This document shows, piece after piece, positions 1 through 8,101 of a stretch of DNA of 21,811 nucleotides (positions within the stretch are counted from its first letter, which is position 1; every line of letters starts with the position of its first letter). Origin of the DNA: Candidatus Velthaea sp. (GTDB lineage: Bacteria; Vulcanimicrobiota; Vulcanimicrobiia; Vulcanimicrobiales; Vulcanimicrobiaceae); assembly GCA_050012475.1 (NCBI GenBank), contig JBEKHC010000084.1, forward strand, positions 1 to 21,811. Direction: 5' to 3'. The notes beneath the pieces were generated by a model, which was given only the letters and a program-made list of their open reading frames with translations, ran no database searches and was not told the origin of the DNA. The translations under genes and the position numbers were made by a program.

Positions 1-74
1 GCGGTCGTGGCATGGAGAGCCGATGCTGGGCCCGCGCGAAAGCGTCGTGCGGTTAACAGTGCGCGCGCGGCCGG

Positions 75-120
75 CGACAAGTATCTTGACCGGTTGACGA
101 CAAGTATCTTGGCCGGGTGA
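75..120. repeat. 23-bp tandem direct repeat, 2 copies, each with an internal CAAG-TAT-CTTG palindrome
   Basis: CGACAAGTATCTTGACCGGTTGA (75-97) and CGACAAGTATCTTGGCCGGGTGA (98-120) are 21/23 identical. Confidence 0.85.
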
Positions 121-128
121 GGGCCCAG

Positions 129-217
129 GCTTGAAGTTGGAGGACAGGGGCCGCAAGGCCCGACGCAAGGTCGAAGGCTCGTGGAATGCCCGGCGAAAGG
201 ATCTCCGATCACCGAGT
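129..217 (+). ncRNA. Candidate structured RNA resembling a c-di-GMP-I (GEMM) riboswitch aptamer
   Basis: GNRA hairpin GGGCC-GCAA-GGCCC (148-161) is followed directly by GACGCAA (162-168). GGTCGAAGG (169-177) pairs with TCTCCGATC (202-210), then ACCGA (211-215). The 5' junction deviates from consensus and no sense gene lies downstream. Confidence 0.25.
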
Positions 218-347
218 GCTCACGTAAAGGGCCAAACGCCGAGCGCATTCGCAGGTCGGCGCGCTCTTCAGCGGCGGCTCCGGCGATGGCGAGCGACTCA
301 CGGCGGCGACTGCAATCCCGAAGAACCTTGTCAGGGATCTGGCTGAC

Positions 348-1313
348 CTATTCCTCGGGGAATTGCGAGAGCGCGCGCCGGGCGCGTGCCAGCGCGACCG
401 TTTTGGCGGGACTTCGCCGGATGGGAAATGCCAGCGCGAAGTCGAGTGGTTCGAGGACAGGGACGACAACGCGATAGCGCGCGGCAAGCCGAAGGTTCGG
501 CAGCGTGAACCGCAAGCACAACCTAAGCGCTTTGCGGAGCGTGAGCGGCGTGAAACGCAGCCGAGGGCTAAGATCGTTGGGGACGCCCAGACGCCGCAAC
601 ACATCGGAGAAACCCAGCGACCCGTTGTAGCGTGTCGGCGGCAAGACAAAGGAACGCAGGTCGATGTGTGCCGGCAAGAGCAACCGAGCGAATGAAAAGA
701 GCAGAGCGGTATTGGGAGCCGCGCTGTAATACGTTCGCGCGATGATCGCCGGGCGACCGAACACCGCGGCGAAACGATCGAGCAACGTGCCGTAGTCGAA
801 CGGCGGACCGCTGCCGCCGTCCCAAACGTAGCATCCGTGGCGCAAAACATCGCCAAAATACGTATCGAATGACGACCGGTAGCCGTGCCGAACGCCTTCG
901 GCGTATACGGCGCTGCAGTACGATGCTTGTGCACGCAGATAGACCACGATGCGCGGCGTAAAGCCGGCTGCGACGATGCCGTCGCGTAATCGGGACAGCG
1001 CTTGGGGAGCGTCGTGAAGAAACGAAAAGTCCTCGGATGATATGCACGCGACGCTTGCATCGCTGCGCTGCAGCTCCTGGACTACGGCGTCCAAGCCGCC
1101 GCGCGTTGGATCGAACGCCGGGTTGCCGAGGAGTTCTTTTGCAAGCTCGTGATGGGCGATGACTCCCGAATCATCGACGCTGCCGGCAATGGGCAGCACG
1201 ACGCCGTGTTCCTTGAGCCGCGCGCGATTAATCGCCAAGAATCCTTGAATCGACGTCGTCCCGGTCTTGTGCGTTCCGATATGGACGAAACAAATGCGGC
1301 TTGGCGGCTTCAT
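348..1313 (-). CDS. Sulfotransferase-like P-loop protein of the type found in polysaccharide loci (321 aa)
   Basis: From ATG 1313: MKPPSRICFVHIGTHKTGTTSIQ (HIGxxKTGTT, 5'-PAPS-binding-loop-like), ISSEDF and IVVYLR motifs. The 72-codon upstream extension in the ORF track looks non-coding. Confidence 0.7.
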   Translation of the reverse strand: MKPPSRICFVHIGTHKTGTTSIQGFLAINRARLKEHGVVLPIAGSVDDSGVIAHHELAKELLGNPAFDPTRGGLDAVVQELQRSDASVACISSEDFSFLHDAPQALSRLRDGIVAAGFTPRIVVYLRAQASYCSAVYAEGVRHGYRSSFDTYFGDVLRHGCYVWDGGSGPPFDYGTLLDRFAAVFGRPAIIARTYYSAAPNTALLFSFARLLLPAHIDLRSFVLPPTRYNGSLGFSDVLRRLGVPNDLSPRLRFTPLTLRKALRLCLRFTLPNLRLAARYRVVVPVLEPLDFALAFPIRRSPAKTVALARARRALSQFPEE

Positions 1314-1528
1314 CTTGCTAACGCAGTTCTCGCGGCATCCGGCGTTTCTTCGGAGCTCCGTGCTTACGTTCTTGCGCCAAGCGTTTCTGAGTTCGGGGAA
1401 CGCGGCCGGCCGCGATACGTCAGGATCACGAGAAGGCGCCGTTCGCCCCGCACCGGCAGTTGCGAAACCTTGAGCCGTTCGTTCCCGGTAAGTGGAGAAA
1501 TGACGAGACTTCCGCGAAGAGTGCCGCA

Positions 1529-2491
1529 ATGAACATCCTCGTCACCGGCGCTGCCGGTTTTCTCGGCTCGCATCTCGTCGATCGTTTCCTCGCCGACGGC
1601 GATAGCGTTGTCGGGGTGGACAACTTCGTCACCGGGTCGGAGAGTAATCTGGCGCACATCGGCTCGACCCGGCGATTCTCATTCGTTCGTGCCGATGTCT
1701 CGCAGCCGTGGACTTGGGCGTCGGATACCGTTCGCCCCGACCTGATCATGCACTTCGCCTCGCCCGCAAGCCCCGTCGACTACGGCCGTGAGCCGCTCGC
1801 GACGATGGCGGTCAACGCGTTGGGAACGATGCACAGCGTCGAGGTCGCCCGCGCGACCGGCGCGCGACTGGTTTTCGCGTCGACGTCGGAAACCTACGGC
1901 GACCCCCTCGAGCACCCGCAGCGCGAGACGTATTGGGGCAACGTCAACCCCATCGGTGTGCGCGCCTGCTACGACGAAGCCAAACGTTACGGCGAGGCCT
2001 ATCTCACCTCGGCCGTGCGCGAACTAGGCATCGACGGCCGCATCGTGCGGATCTTCAACACGTACGGCCCGCGCATGCAGCCGGGCGACGGCCGCGTTGT
2101 CCCCAGCTTCTGCCTGTCCGCACTGCGCGGTGAGCCGCTGACCGTCTACGGCGACGGCCGCCAAACGCGCAGCTTCTGTTACGTCGACGATCTCATCGAT
2201 GGAATCGTCCGCCTTGCCAAACGCGACGGCCTCGCCGGCCGGGTCGTGAACATCGGAAGCCCGCACGAATTCACCATCCGCGAGTTGGCGCAGATCGTCG
2301 CCGAACTCGCGGAAGTTCCGCTCGCCGTGGTCGCGTGCGACTTGCCGCCCGACGACCCAACGCGCCGGAAACCGGACATCAGTCTGGCTCGAGCCCTGCT
2401 TGGTTGGGAGCCCAAGATTGCGTTGCGCGACGGACTCCTGGCGACACTCGATTATTTTCGCTCGCTATCGACGGCCCGAGCCGTGCGCTAG
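1529..2491 (+). CDS. uxs: UDP-glucuronic acid decarboxylase (UDP-xylose synthase family, extended SDR), 320 aa
   Basis: MNILVTGAAGFLGSHL, HFASPASPVDY, STSETYGDP, YWGNVNPIG, CYDEAKR (YxxxK), RIFNTYGPRM, QTRSFCYVDD and DDPTRRKPDI are diagnostic UXS motifs. Confidence 0.9.
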   Translation: MNILVTGAAGFLGSHLVDRFLADGDSVVGVDNFVTGSESNLAHIGSTRRFSFVRADVSQPWTWASDTVRPDLIMHFASPASPVDYGREPLATMAVNALGTMHSVEVARATGARLVFASTSETYGDPLEHPQRETYWGNVNPIGVRACYDEAKRYGEAYLTSAVRELGIDGRIVRIFNTYGPRMQPGDGRVVPSFCLSALRGEPLTVYGDGRQTRSFCYVDDLIDGIVRLAKRDGLAGRVVNIGSPHEFTIRELAQIVAELAEVPLAVVACDLPPDDPTRRKPDISLARALLGWEPKIALRDGLLATLDYFRSLSTARAVR

Positions 2492-2495
2492 TACG

Positions 2496-2526
2496 CGCAC
2501 CGCCGGCGGGGTTGCGCGGCGGTGCG
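2496..2526. terminator. GC-rich hairpin between the convergent uxs and ugd genes (possible bidirectional terminator)
   Basis: 10-bp stem CGCACCGCCG (2496-2505) / CGGCGGTGCG (2517-2526) in the 46-bp gap. There is no U-tract. Confidence 0.5.
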
Positions 2527-2537
2527 ATTCGGCGAGT

Positions 2538-3872
2538 CTAAACCCGTCCCGCGAGGCTGCGGCTCGGCTCCTTCGAGCGTCCGACCCCGATATACCGCAA
2601 CCCCTCGGCCACGACTTTCTCGGGATCGAAGATATTCCGCCCATCGAAGACGACGTTCCCGCGCATCAGCTTGCGGACCATCCGGAAGTCGATGTTCTTG
2701 TACTCGTTCCACTCCGTCGCCAGCAACAGGACGTCGCACTCGTTGATGGCTTCGTACATCTGGTTGCAGTACGTGATCGCGTCGCCGACTTCGGCCCGCG
2801 TCCCCTCGATGGCGATCGGGTCGTGGGCGTTGATCGTCGCGCCTGCGCGCACCAAACGATCGATGAGATGAATTGCCGGTGCCTCGCGCACGTCGTCGGT
2901 ATTGGGCTTGAAAGCCAGTCCGAGAACGCCGACGGTCTTGTCGGCGACCGAACCGCCCAGAGCCTGCTCGATCTTGGCGAACGTCCGCGCGATCTGGGCG
3001 CGGTTGACGGTCTCGACCGAGCGCAACAGGGTCGCATCGTAGTTTCGGCCATCGGCGATCTTCTCGAGCGCGCGCACGTCTTTGGGGAAGCACGATCCGC
3101 CATAGCCGATGCCGGGATTCATGAAAAGCGTGCCGATCCGATGATCGAAGCCGATGCCGCGCCCGACGGACTTCACATCGACGTCGAGCAGCTCGCAAAT
3201 GTTCGCAATCTCGTTCATGAACGAGATCTTCGTTGCCAGAAAGGCGTTGGCGGCGTACTTGATCATCTCGCTCGTGCGCACGTCGGTGACGACGAACGGC
3301 GCGTCGAGCGATGCGTACAGGTCGCGCATGACCGCTTCGGCTTGCGGACTGCTCGTGCCGACGACGATCCGGTCGGGCTGCATGAAATCGGCGACGGCCG
3401 ATCCCTCGCGGAGAAATTCGGGGTTGCTGACCACGTCGACGGGATGGTCTTCGAGCGCGTTCTCGGCGATGATGGCCGACACCATCTCGCCGGTCTCGAC
3501 CGGAACGGTCGATTTGGAAACGACGATCTTCGGACCATTGAGCGCTTGCCCGATTGTCGCCGCGACCTCCCGCACCGCCGACAGATCGGCGTTGCCGTCG
3601 TCGCCCATCGGCGTCCCGACCGCAATGAAGACGATTTCCGAAGCGCGCACGCCGGCCTCGACGTCGCTGGAAAACGAGAGCCGCCCGGCATGCTTGTTGC
3701 GCACGATCATCTCGAGCAGCTGCGGCTCGAAGAACGGGGCTCCACCGCGGCACAAGACGTCGATTTTGCGCTGGTCGTTGTCCAGACAAATGACGGTATT
3801 TCCGAGTTCCGCGAAGCACGTTCCGGTGACTAATCCAACATAACCCGTTCCGATAATTGCGATTTGTCTCAT
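2538..3872 (-). CDS. ugd: UDP-glucose 6-dehydrogenase (UDP-glucose/GDP-mannose dehydrogenase family), 444 aa
   Basis: IGTGYVGL, AVGTP, KSTVPV, SNPEFLREG, EMIKYAANAFLATKISF, GYGGSCFPKD (catalytic Cys), GLAFKPNTDD, FDGRN. SD GGAGAGG spacing favours ATG 3872 over GTG 3881. Confidence 0.93.
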   Translation of the reverse strand: MRQIAIIGTGYVGLVTGTCFAELGNTVICLDNDQRKIDVLCRGGAPFFEPQLLEMIVRNKHAGRLSFSSDVEAGVRASEIVFIAVGTPMGDDGNADLSAVREVAATIGQALNGPKIVVSKSTVPVETGEMVSAIIAENALEDHPVDVVSNPEFLREGSAVADFMQPDRIVVGTSSPQAEAVMRDLYASLDAPFVVTDVRTSEMIKYAANAFLATKISFMNEIANICELLDVDVKSVGRGIGFDHRIGTLFMNPGIGYGGSCFPKDVRALEKIADGRNYDATLLRSVETVNRAQIARTFAKIEQALGGSVADKTVGVLGLAFKPNTDDVREAPAIHLIDRLVRAGATINAHDPIAIEGTRAEVGDAITYCNQMYEAINECDVLLLATEWNEYKNIDFRMVRKLMRGNVVFDGRNIFDPEKVVAEGLRYIGVGRSKEPSRSLAGRV

Positions 3873-3970
3873 CGACGTCACCCTCTCCCCAAAACTAGGA
3901 ATACGACAACACGGTAGGAACGAAAAAAACAGGCGCTATGAAGCATCCGCAGACGCTTCGGCTACGCTGC

Positions 3971-3996
3971 CGCTGGATAGATACGCTGGATAGATA
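3971..3996. repeat. Perfect 13-bp tandem duplication in the ugd upstream region
   Basis: CGCTGGATAGATA occurs at 3971-3983 and 3984-3996. Confidence 0.85.
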
Positions 3997-4143
3997 ATAG
4001 GAACTGTGCACCGTCATTTGACGTAGCGTTTGAAACAATGTACCGCGTTCGTCTTTTCGGATCGTATCAGAGTAGTTACACCCTTTAACGAAATATCATG
4101 CGTTGCCGGGCGGGTCGTATTGGCCAATGACACAACGGCGGGA

Positions 4144-4548
4144 TTAGAATGTTTTGACTTTCGCTAATCCCGAATCGCGGAAGATCGTCTCGACCTGTCC
4201 GATCGTTTGCGGTTTGGCGAAATACGCGACCACGTAGCGGCCGGCGTCGAGCGCGTCGACGTAGTTGTCCACTTCGGAATCGGGTATTTCGAGGTCGGCA
4301 AGCCGGTCCGAGAGCGACTCACTCCGGAAGTACGACATGCCCCGCCCGCTGCTGCTGATGCCGGGAACGAAAGCCGCGTTGTCGCCCGTCATCAGCCCCG
4401 GCCCGCTTTGCCGTCGTGCGATGCCCTCGGTCGAATCCTCACCGGAGATGAGCTGGATTGGATCCAGCGGCAGCCCGGCGCTTGTGAGTGCCGTTTCGAG
4501 TGCCTTGATATCGCCGGTTTGCGAGATGCCAGTGACGACGAGACCCAA
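4144..4548 (-). CDS. Small hypothetical protein resembling the YflT / general stress protein 17M-like family (134 aa)
   Basis: GGAGG SD precedes TTG 4548 (MGLVVTGISQ...). The C-terminal LADLEIPDSEVDNYVDALDAGRYVV matches the L..lgip..e...Y...l..G..vv pattern. The family call is by eye. Confidence 0.6.
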   Translation of the reverse strand: MGLVVTGISQTGDIKALETALTSAGLPLDPIQLISGEDSTEGIARRQSGPGLMTGDNAAFVPGISSSGRGMSYFRSESLSDRLADLEIPDSEVDNYVDALDAGRYVVAYFAKPQTIGQVETIFRDSGLAKVKTF

Positions 4549-4892
4549 AGCAACCTCCGCCCAGACGACCGGTAGAACTCGCTTCGCGACCATGGCCGGC
4601 GCGCCTTTCGTCGCCCGTCAAGCGCTCAGCACGAATCGTTCCCGATGGCGACCGCTCATAACCGAAGCATCGCTGCTGCGGAGCGCAGCGCAGCGCAGCT
4701 ACTCCGGTCGTCTGTCTGGGCAAGATCACCACTCGCGGACGCCAGCAACTCAGGAGCCAAAGGGCCTAATGTGCGCGTTCGCTCAGCTGCGGCGGGCGCG
4801 ACGTAGGCGACCGAACAGCATTGGCGGCACGATTCCAGCCATCGGGCCGGCGCCGACATCGACGCGAAGCACACGATCCAGAACGGCAATGT

Positions 4893-5762
4893 TCAGGGCG
4901 AGGTTTTCATCGGCGGGCCGCCGATCGGGGGACGTCCGCCGATCGGCGAACTGAACCCGAACGGCGGTCCGCTTCCGGCCGATCGAACGAACGCCAAGAC
5001 CGCCGCGCCGATCCCGACCAGCCACACCAGCGCCGTAACTGCCCAGCCAACGATCGGGACGATCTCCGCGGCGCTCACCACGACCAAGCCCAGCACGAGC
5101 GCAATCAACGGCGAGGGCGTCACCTGCGGCAGGACCAGTTCGCACAACCGCCGACCCACCAGCAGCGCGACCGCGCCGGTGCCGAGCCAAACGCCGGCGA
5201 ACAGCGCCGCCACTTCGAGCATGATGAGCGGGATGCCGATCAGGCTGAGAATGAGCAGAATCGCGACCGGAACGACGGCGATGAAGGTCGCCACGCCGAC
5301 CGCCGCCGCGAGACCCGGATGGCGCTCGACGCGATCGAGGGCCAAGCGCATGCGCATCGGAAACAGCAGGAACATCAGGACCACGATCGCGCTCGAGGCC
5401 AGCTTGACGAACAAGCGGCGGTCGCTGCGCGCAAAGCCGTCGAAACCCGACGACGCAGCGACCAGCGGCGTGAGCGCCGAGCCCGCGTCGTTCCAAACGC
5501 AGTGTTCGTCGCCGTCGACGGTGCCGGTATCGAGGACGCTGCACGAGCCGCCGATGACGTTGACGTTGCCGGTCACGTGGCCGGCGATCGTCGCGTTGCC
5601 GAACACGACGTTGAGATCGCCGTCGATCGTCTCGTCGGGGTCCACGACGGCATCGGAAAAGAACTTCGTCACGCTGCCGTCGTGCGCGTGCGCGAACGCC
5701 GGCAGCGGCGCGAACGCCGCCAGCAAACCGACCAGAATGCCGAGCAGGCCGGCGCGGATCAC
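4893..5762 (-). CDS. Membrane protein with signal peptide, bactofilin-like beta-helix repeats and ~5 TM helices (289 aa)
   Basis: GTG start overlaps the anti-sigma stop (GTGA). Signal peptide ends in AFA. Repeats ETIDGDLNVVFGNATIAGHVTGNVNVIGG...GTVDGD are followed by a hydrophobic C-terminal half. Confidence 0.75.
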   Translation of the reverse strand: MIRAGLLGILVGLLAAFAPLPAFAHAHDGSVTKFFSDAVVDPDETIDGDLNVVFGNATIAGHVTGNVNVIGGSCSVLDTGTVDGDEHCVWNDAGSALTPLVAASSGFDGFARSDRRLFVKLASSAIVVLMFLLFPMRMRLALDRVERHPGLAAAVGVATFIAVVPVAILLILSLIGIPLIMLEVAALFAGVWLGTGAVALLVGRRLCELVLPQVTPSPLIALVLGLVVVSAAEIVPIVGWAVTALVWLVGIGAAVLAFVRSAGSGPPFGFSSPIGGRPPIGGPPMKTSP

Positions 5763-6301
5763 GGCCGCAGGCGCTCCGCCAATCGCGGCCGCACGTACTT
5801 GAGCGCGAGGCCGAAGCCCGCCACGAGCAAGACGTCCAGCGTCAGCAACGCCCCGAGCAGTGCGGTGAGCACGTTGCCGCCCCGTCCGAACAAGCGCGCG
5901 ACCATGCTGCCGAGTCCACCGATCGCATCGGCGATGCTGCGCGCGAAATCGAGCACCGTGCCCGACAGCGCGTGCATGGCTTGCGGGGCGAAGAGCAACG
6001 CGGCGCCCGCAATCAGCCAGGCCCCGGCGAGATACGAAACCACATAGGCCCGAATCGGCGGACGGTACGGTGCCGGTGCGCGCAACGCGCGGGTTTCCGA
6101 CATCGTCGCGCACGTGAAGTTCGGCGCCAGCGGCACTTGCCGCGGCGTGTTCAGCAGCGCATCGACGACGCGCAATTCCTCGAACACGCCGCGACAGCCG
6201 GCACAGTCGTCGAGGTGCGCAAGCAATTCGGTACACTGCGCAGCGGCCAGCTTGCCGTCGAGAAACCGCTCGAAGACCGCTTCAGCTGAACTGCAGCTCA
6301 T
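5759..6301 (-). CDS. Zinc-binding anti-sigma factor (zf-HC2/ZAS) with two TM segments (180 aa)
   Basis: MSC...FLDGKL...HLDDCAGC (HxxxCxxC). GGAGG SD. Overlaps the 3' end of the ECF sigma gene. Confidence 0.85.
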   Translation of the reverse strand: MSCSSAEAVFERFLDGKLAAAQCTELLAHLDDCAGCRGVFEELRVVDALLNTPRQVPLAPNFTCATMSETRALRAPAPYRPPIRAYVVSYLAGAWLIAGAALLFAPQAMHALSGTVLDFARSIADAIGGLGSMVARLFGRGGNVLTALLGALLTLDVLLVAGFGLALKYVRPRLAERLRP

Positions 6302-6926
6302 GGAAGCCTCCGAACAGGGGGGACTTTCGGCCGGCGTCCCGTGTCGCGACCTCCTCGCGTTCTTTCATCTTATGCGCGAGCGCCATTTTGCCCCGATGGA
6401 TCAGCGTCTTGACGTTGCCCAGCGAGAGGCCCATCGTGGTCGCGATCGTCTGATAGTCCATGTTGTCGTAATAGCGCAGCGCCAGGACCGTGCGGGTCCG
6501 CTCGGGCAACTCGCCGAGCGCGGCGCGCACTTCGGCCTCGGCTTCGGCGCGCAGAACGCCGCCGGCCGGATCCGCCTCGAGCGACAGGTCGGGCAGGGCG
6601 CTTTCGATGGTCCGCTCCGTACCCAGATCGGTCGTCGGCGGCCGGCGCAGCGACTTGCCCAGGAACGTCCGCACGACGTTGCGCGCGATGTGGTACACCC
6701 AGGTCGAGAATTTGCCCAGTTCCGGATTGAACGTGCCCAAGTGGGCGTACGCCCGCAGGAACGTCTCCTGCGTGAGGTCGGCGACGTCGGCCGAAGAACG
6801 AACGCTGGCGCCGATAAAATTGGCGATCCCGCGCTTGTAGCGGTCCACCAGCACGCTGAAGATCTCACGATTTCCAGCTAAGACCGAGCCGACGAGAGCT
6901 TCGTCGGTCTCTTCGATGGCGATCAT
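6282..6926 (-). CDS. ECF-subfamily RNA polymerase sigma factor (SigW/RpoE-like), 214 aa
   Basis: Region 2: DLTQETFLRAY...FSTWVYHIARN. Region 4: LPERTRTVLALRYY...YQTIATTMGLSLGNVKTLIHRGK. SD-like GAGGGG before ATG 6926. Confidence 0.92.
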   Translation of the reverse strand: MIAIEETDEALVGSVLAGNREIFSVLVDRYKRGIANFIGASVRSSADVADLTQETFLRAYAHLGTFNPELGKFSTWVYHIARNVVRTFLGKSLRRPPTTDLGTERTIESALPDLSLEADPAGGVLRAEAEAEVRAALGELPERTRTVLALRYYDNMDYQTIATTMGLSLGNVKTLIHRGKMALAHKMKEREEVATRDAGRKSPLFGGFHELQFS

Positions 6927-6986
6927 CCACCCCTCACGATTCCAGAGCACCCCCGCTCGTCGCGGCCGCCGGGCTCACTCGCAAAA

Positions 6987-7012
6987 TACCCGCCGGCCCG
7001 GCAAAAGTTCCG
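6987..7012 (-). promoter_or_regulatory. Putative autoregulatory ECF promoter CGGAAC-N16-GGTA
   Basis: Minus strand reads CGGAAC TTTTGCCGGGCCGGCG GGTA, about 60 nt upstream of the sigma ATG. It has the same layout as the SigW consensus TGAAAC-N16-CGTA. Confidence 0.65.
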
Positions 7013-7069
7013 GGCGGCGGCACTCGGCAGGCGAAAGTATCGGCTGGGCTTTGGGGGGAAGAGGCCCGC

Positions 7070-8101
7070 ATGCATGTCTTGGTGACCGGTGGCGGTGGCT
7101 ATATCGGGCTCGAACTCTGCCGTCAGCTGCTCGACCGCGGTGACCGGGTGCGGGTCGTCGACCGTCTGTTTTTCGGCGCTGGGCCGCTCGAACGACTGCA
7201 TGACGAAAGCGATGGCCGGCTGACCTGCGTCCACGGCGACGTGCGCGACTGGGATCCGGCCTGGCTGGACGGAATCGACGGGGTCAGCCATCTGGCCGGG
7301 CTCTCGAACGATCCGACCGCCGAGTACAATCCCGAGGCGAACTGGCAGATGAACGCGATCGCCACCGAACGGCTGGCCGCGGTCTGCAAAGAACGCGGGG
7401 TCGAACGCTTCGTTTTCGGCTCGTCGGCCTCGATCTACGACGGCATCGGTCCGGGGATGTTCGACGAGCGCACGCCGGTCGAACCGCGCGGCGCGTACTC
7501 GAAATCGAAGAAGTATGCCGAGGAAGCCCTCGAGCGGCTGAGCGACGACCGCTTCGCGCCCACGATCCTGCGCCAGGGGACCGTGTACGGCTACAGCCCG
7601 CGCATGCGCTTCGATCTCGTCGTCAACACGTTTCTCAAAGATGCCGTGACCGTGCGCAAGTTGTATCTGCACGGCGGCGGGTGGCAGTGGCGTCCGCTCG
7701 TCGCGGTCAGCGACGTCGCGGCAGCGCACATCTTGTGTTTGACGGCCAAGCCCGATCTCGTGCGCGGCGAGATCTTCAACGTCATGCAAGAGAACTACCA
7801 AGTCCGGCAGCTGGCGATGCTCGTCGCCGGCTCGCTGTCGCTCGTCGGCCGCAGCGTCGAACTCGTCGACGCGCCGCTCCCCAAGATCGTCCGCGATTAC
7901 CGGATGACGAATCTGAAGATGACGCAGCGCTTGGGCTTCACGCCCGCCGTGACGGTGCTCGAGTCGATCGACGACATGCTCAAGCGCATCCCGCTCGACA
8001 ACGTCGCGCTGCTCGCCGATCCGCGGCACTACAACATTGCGTGGATGAGCGTGCTCGAAGAAGTGCACGCCTCCCAGCGCGGCTTCGCGAGCATTTACTA
8101 G
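7070..8101 (+). CDS. NAD-dependent nucleotide-sugar epimerase/dehydratase (extended SDR), 343 aa
   Basis: VTGGGGYIG, HLAGLSNDP, SSASIY, YSKSK, LRQGTVYGYSPRMRFDLVVN. Purine-rich SD upstream. Confidence 0.88.
   Translation: MHVLVTGGGGYIGLELCRQLLDRGDRVRVVDRLFFGAGPLERLHDESDGRLTCVHGDVRDWDPAWLDGIDGVSHLAGLSNDPTAEYNPEANWQMNAIATERLAAVCKERGVERFVFGSSASIYDGIGPGMFDERTPVEPRGAYSKSKKYAEEALERLSDDRFAPTILRQGTVYGYSPRMRFDLVVNTFLKDAVTVRKLYLHGGGWQWRPLVAVSDVAAAHILCLTAKPDLVRGEIFNVMQENYQVRQLAMLVAGSLSLVGRSVELVDAPLPKIVRDYRMTNLKMTQRLGFTPAVTVLESIDDMLKRIPLDNVALLADPRHYNIAWMSVLEEVHASQRGFASIY

Noticed and set aside
1..13. Possible minus-strand gene starting at ATG 13 and leaving the window
   Set aside because: Only four codons are visible and there is no SD, so it cannot be supported.
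1463..1490. CGAAAC-N18-GGTA upstream of uxs as a second target of the ECF sigma
   Set aside because: The spacer is 2 nt longer than the N16 autoregulatory motif and ECF sigmas are usually strict on spacing. Too weak to call.
2400..3833. Long antisense or alternate-frame ORFs (e.g. 2400-3833, 4821-6047, 6923-8335, 8378-10129, 12329-13852, 20016-21290)
   Set aside because: They are shadow ORFs overlapping well-supported genes, with Arg/Ala/Pro-rich low-information translations expected at high GC.
3964..3975. ops/JUMPstart-like GCGGCAGCGT on the minus strand of the ugd leader
   Set aside because: It mismatches GGCGGTAG at key positions, is short, and is likely by chance in GC-rich DNA.
4666..4700. 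AGCGC x3 microsatellite and hairpin in the 4549-4892 intergenic region
   Set aside because: Short, low-complexity GC repeat with no recognisable RNA family or link to a reading frame.
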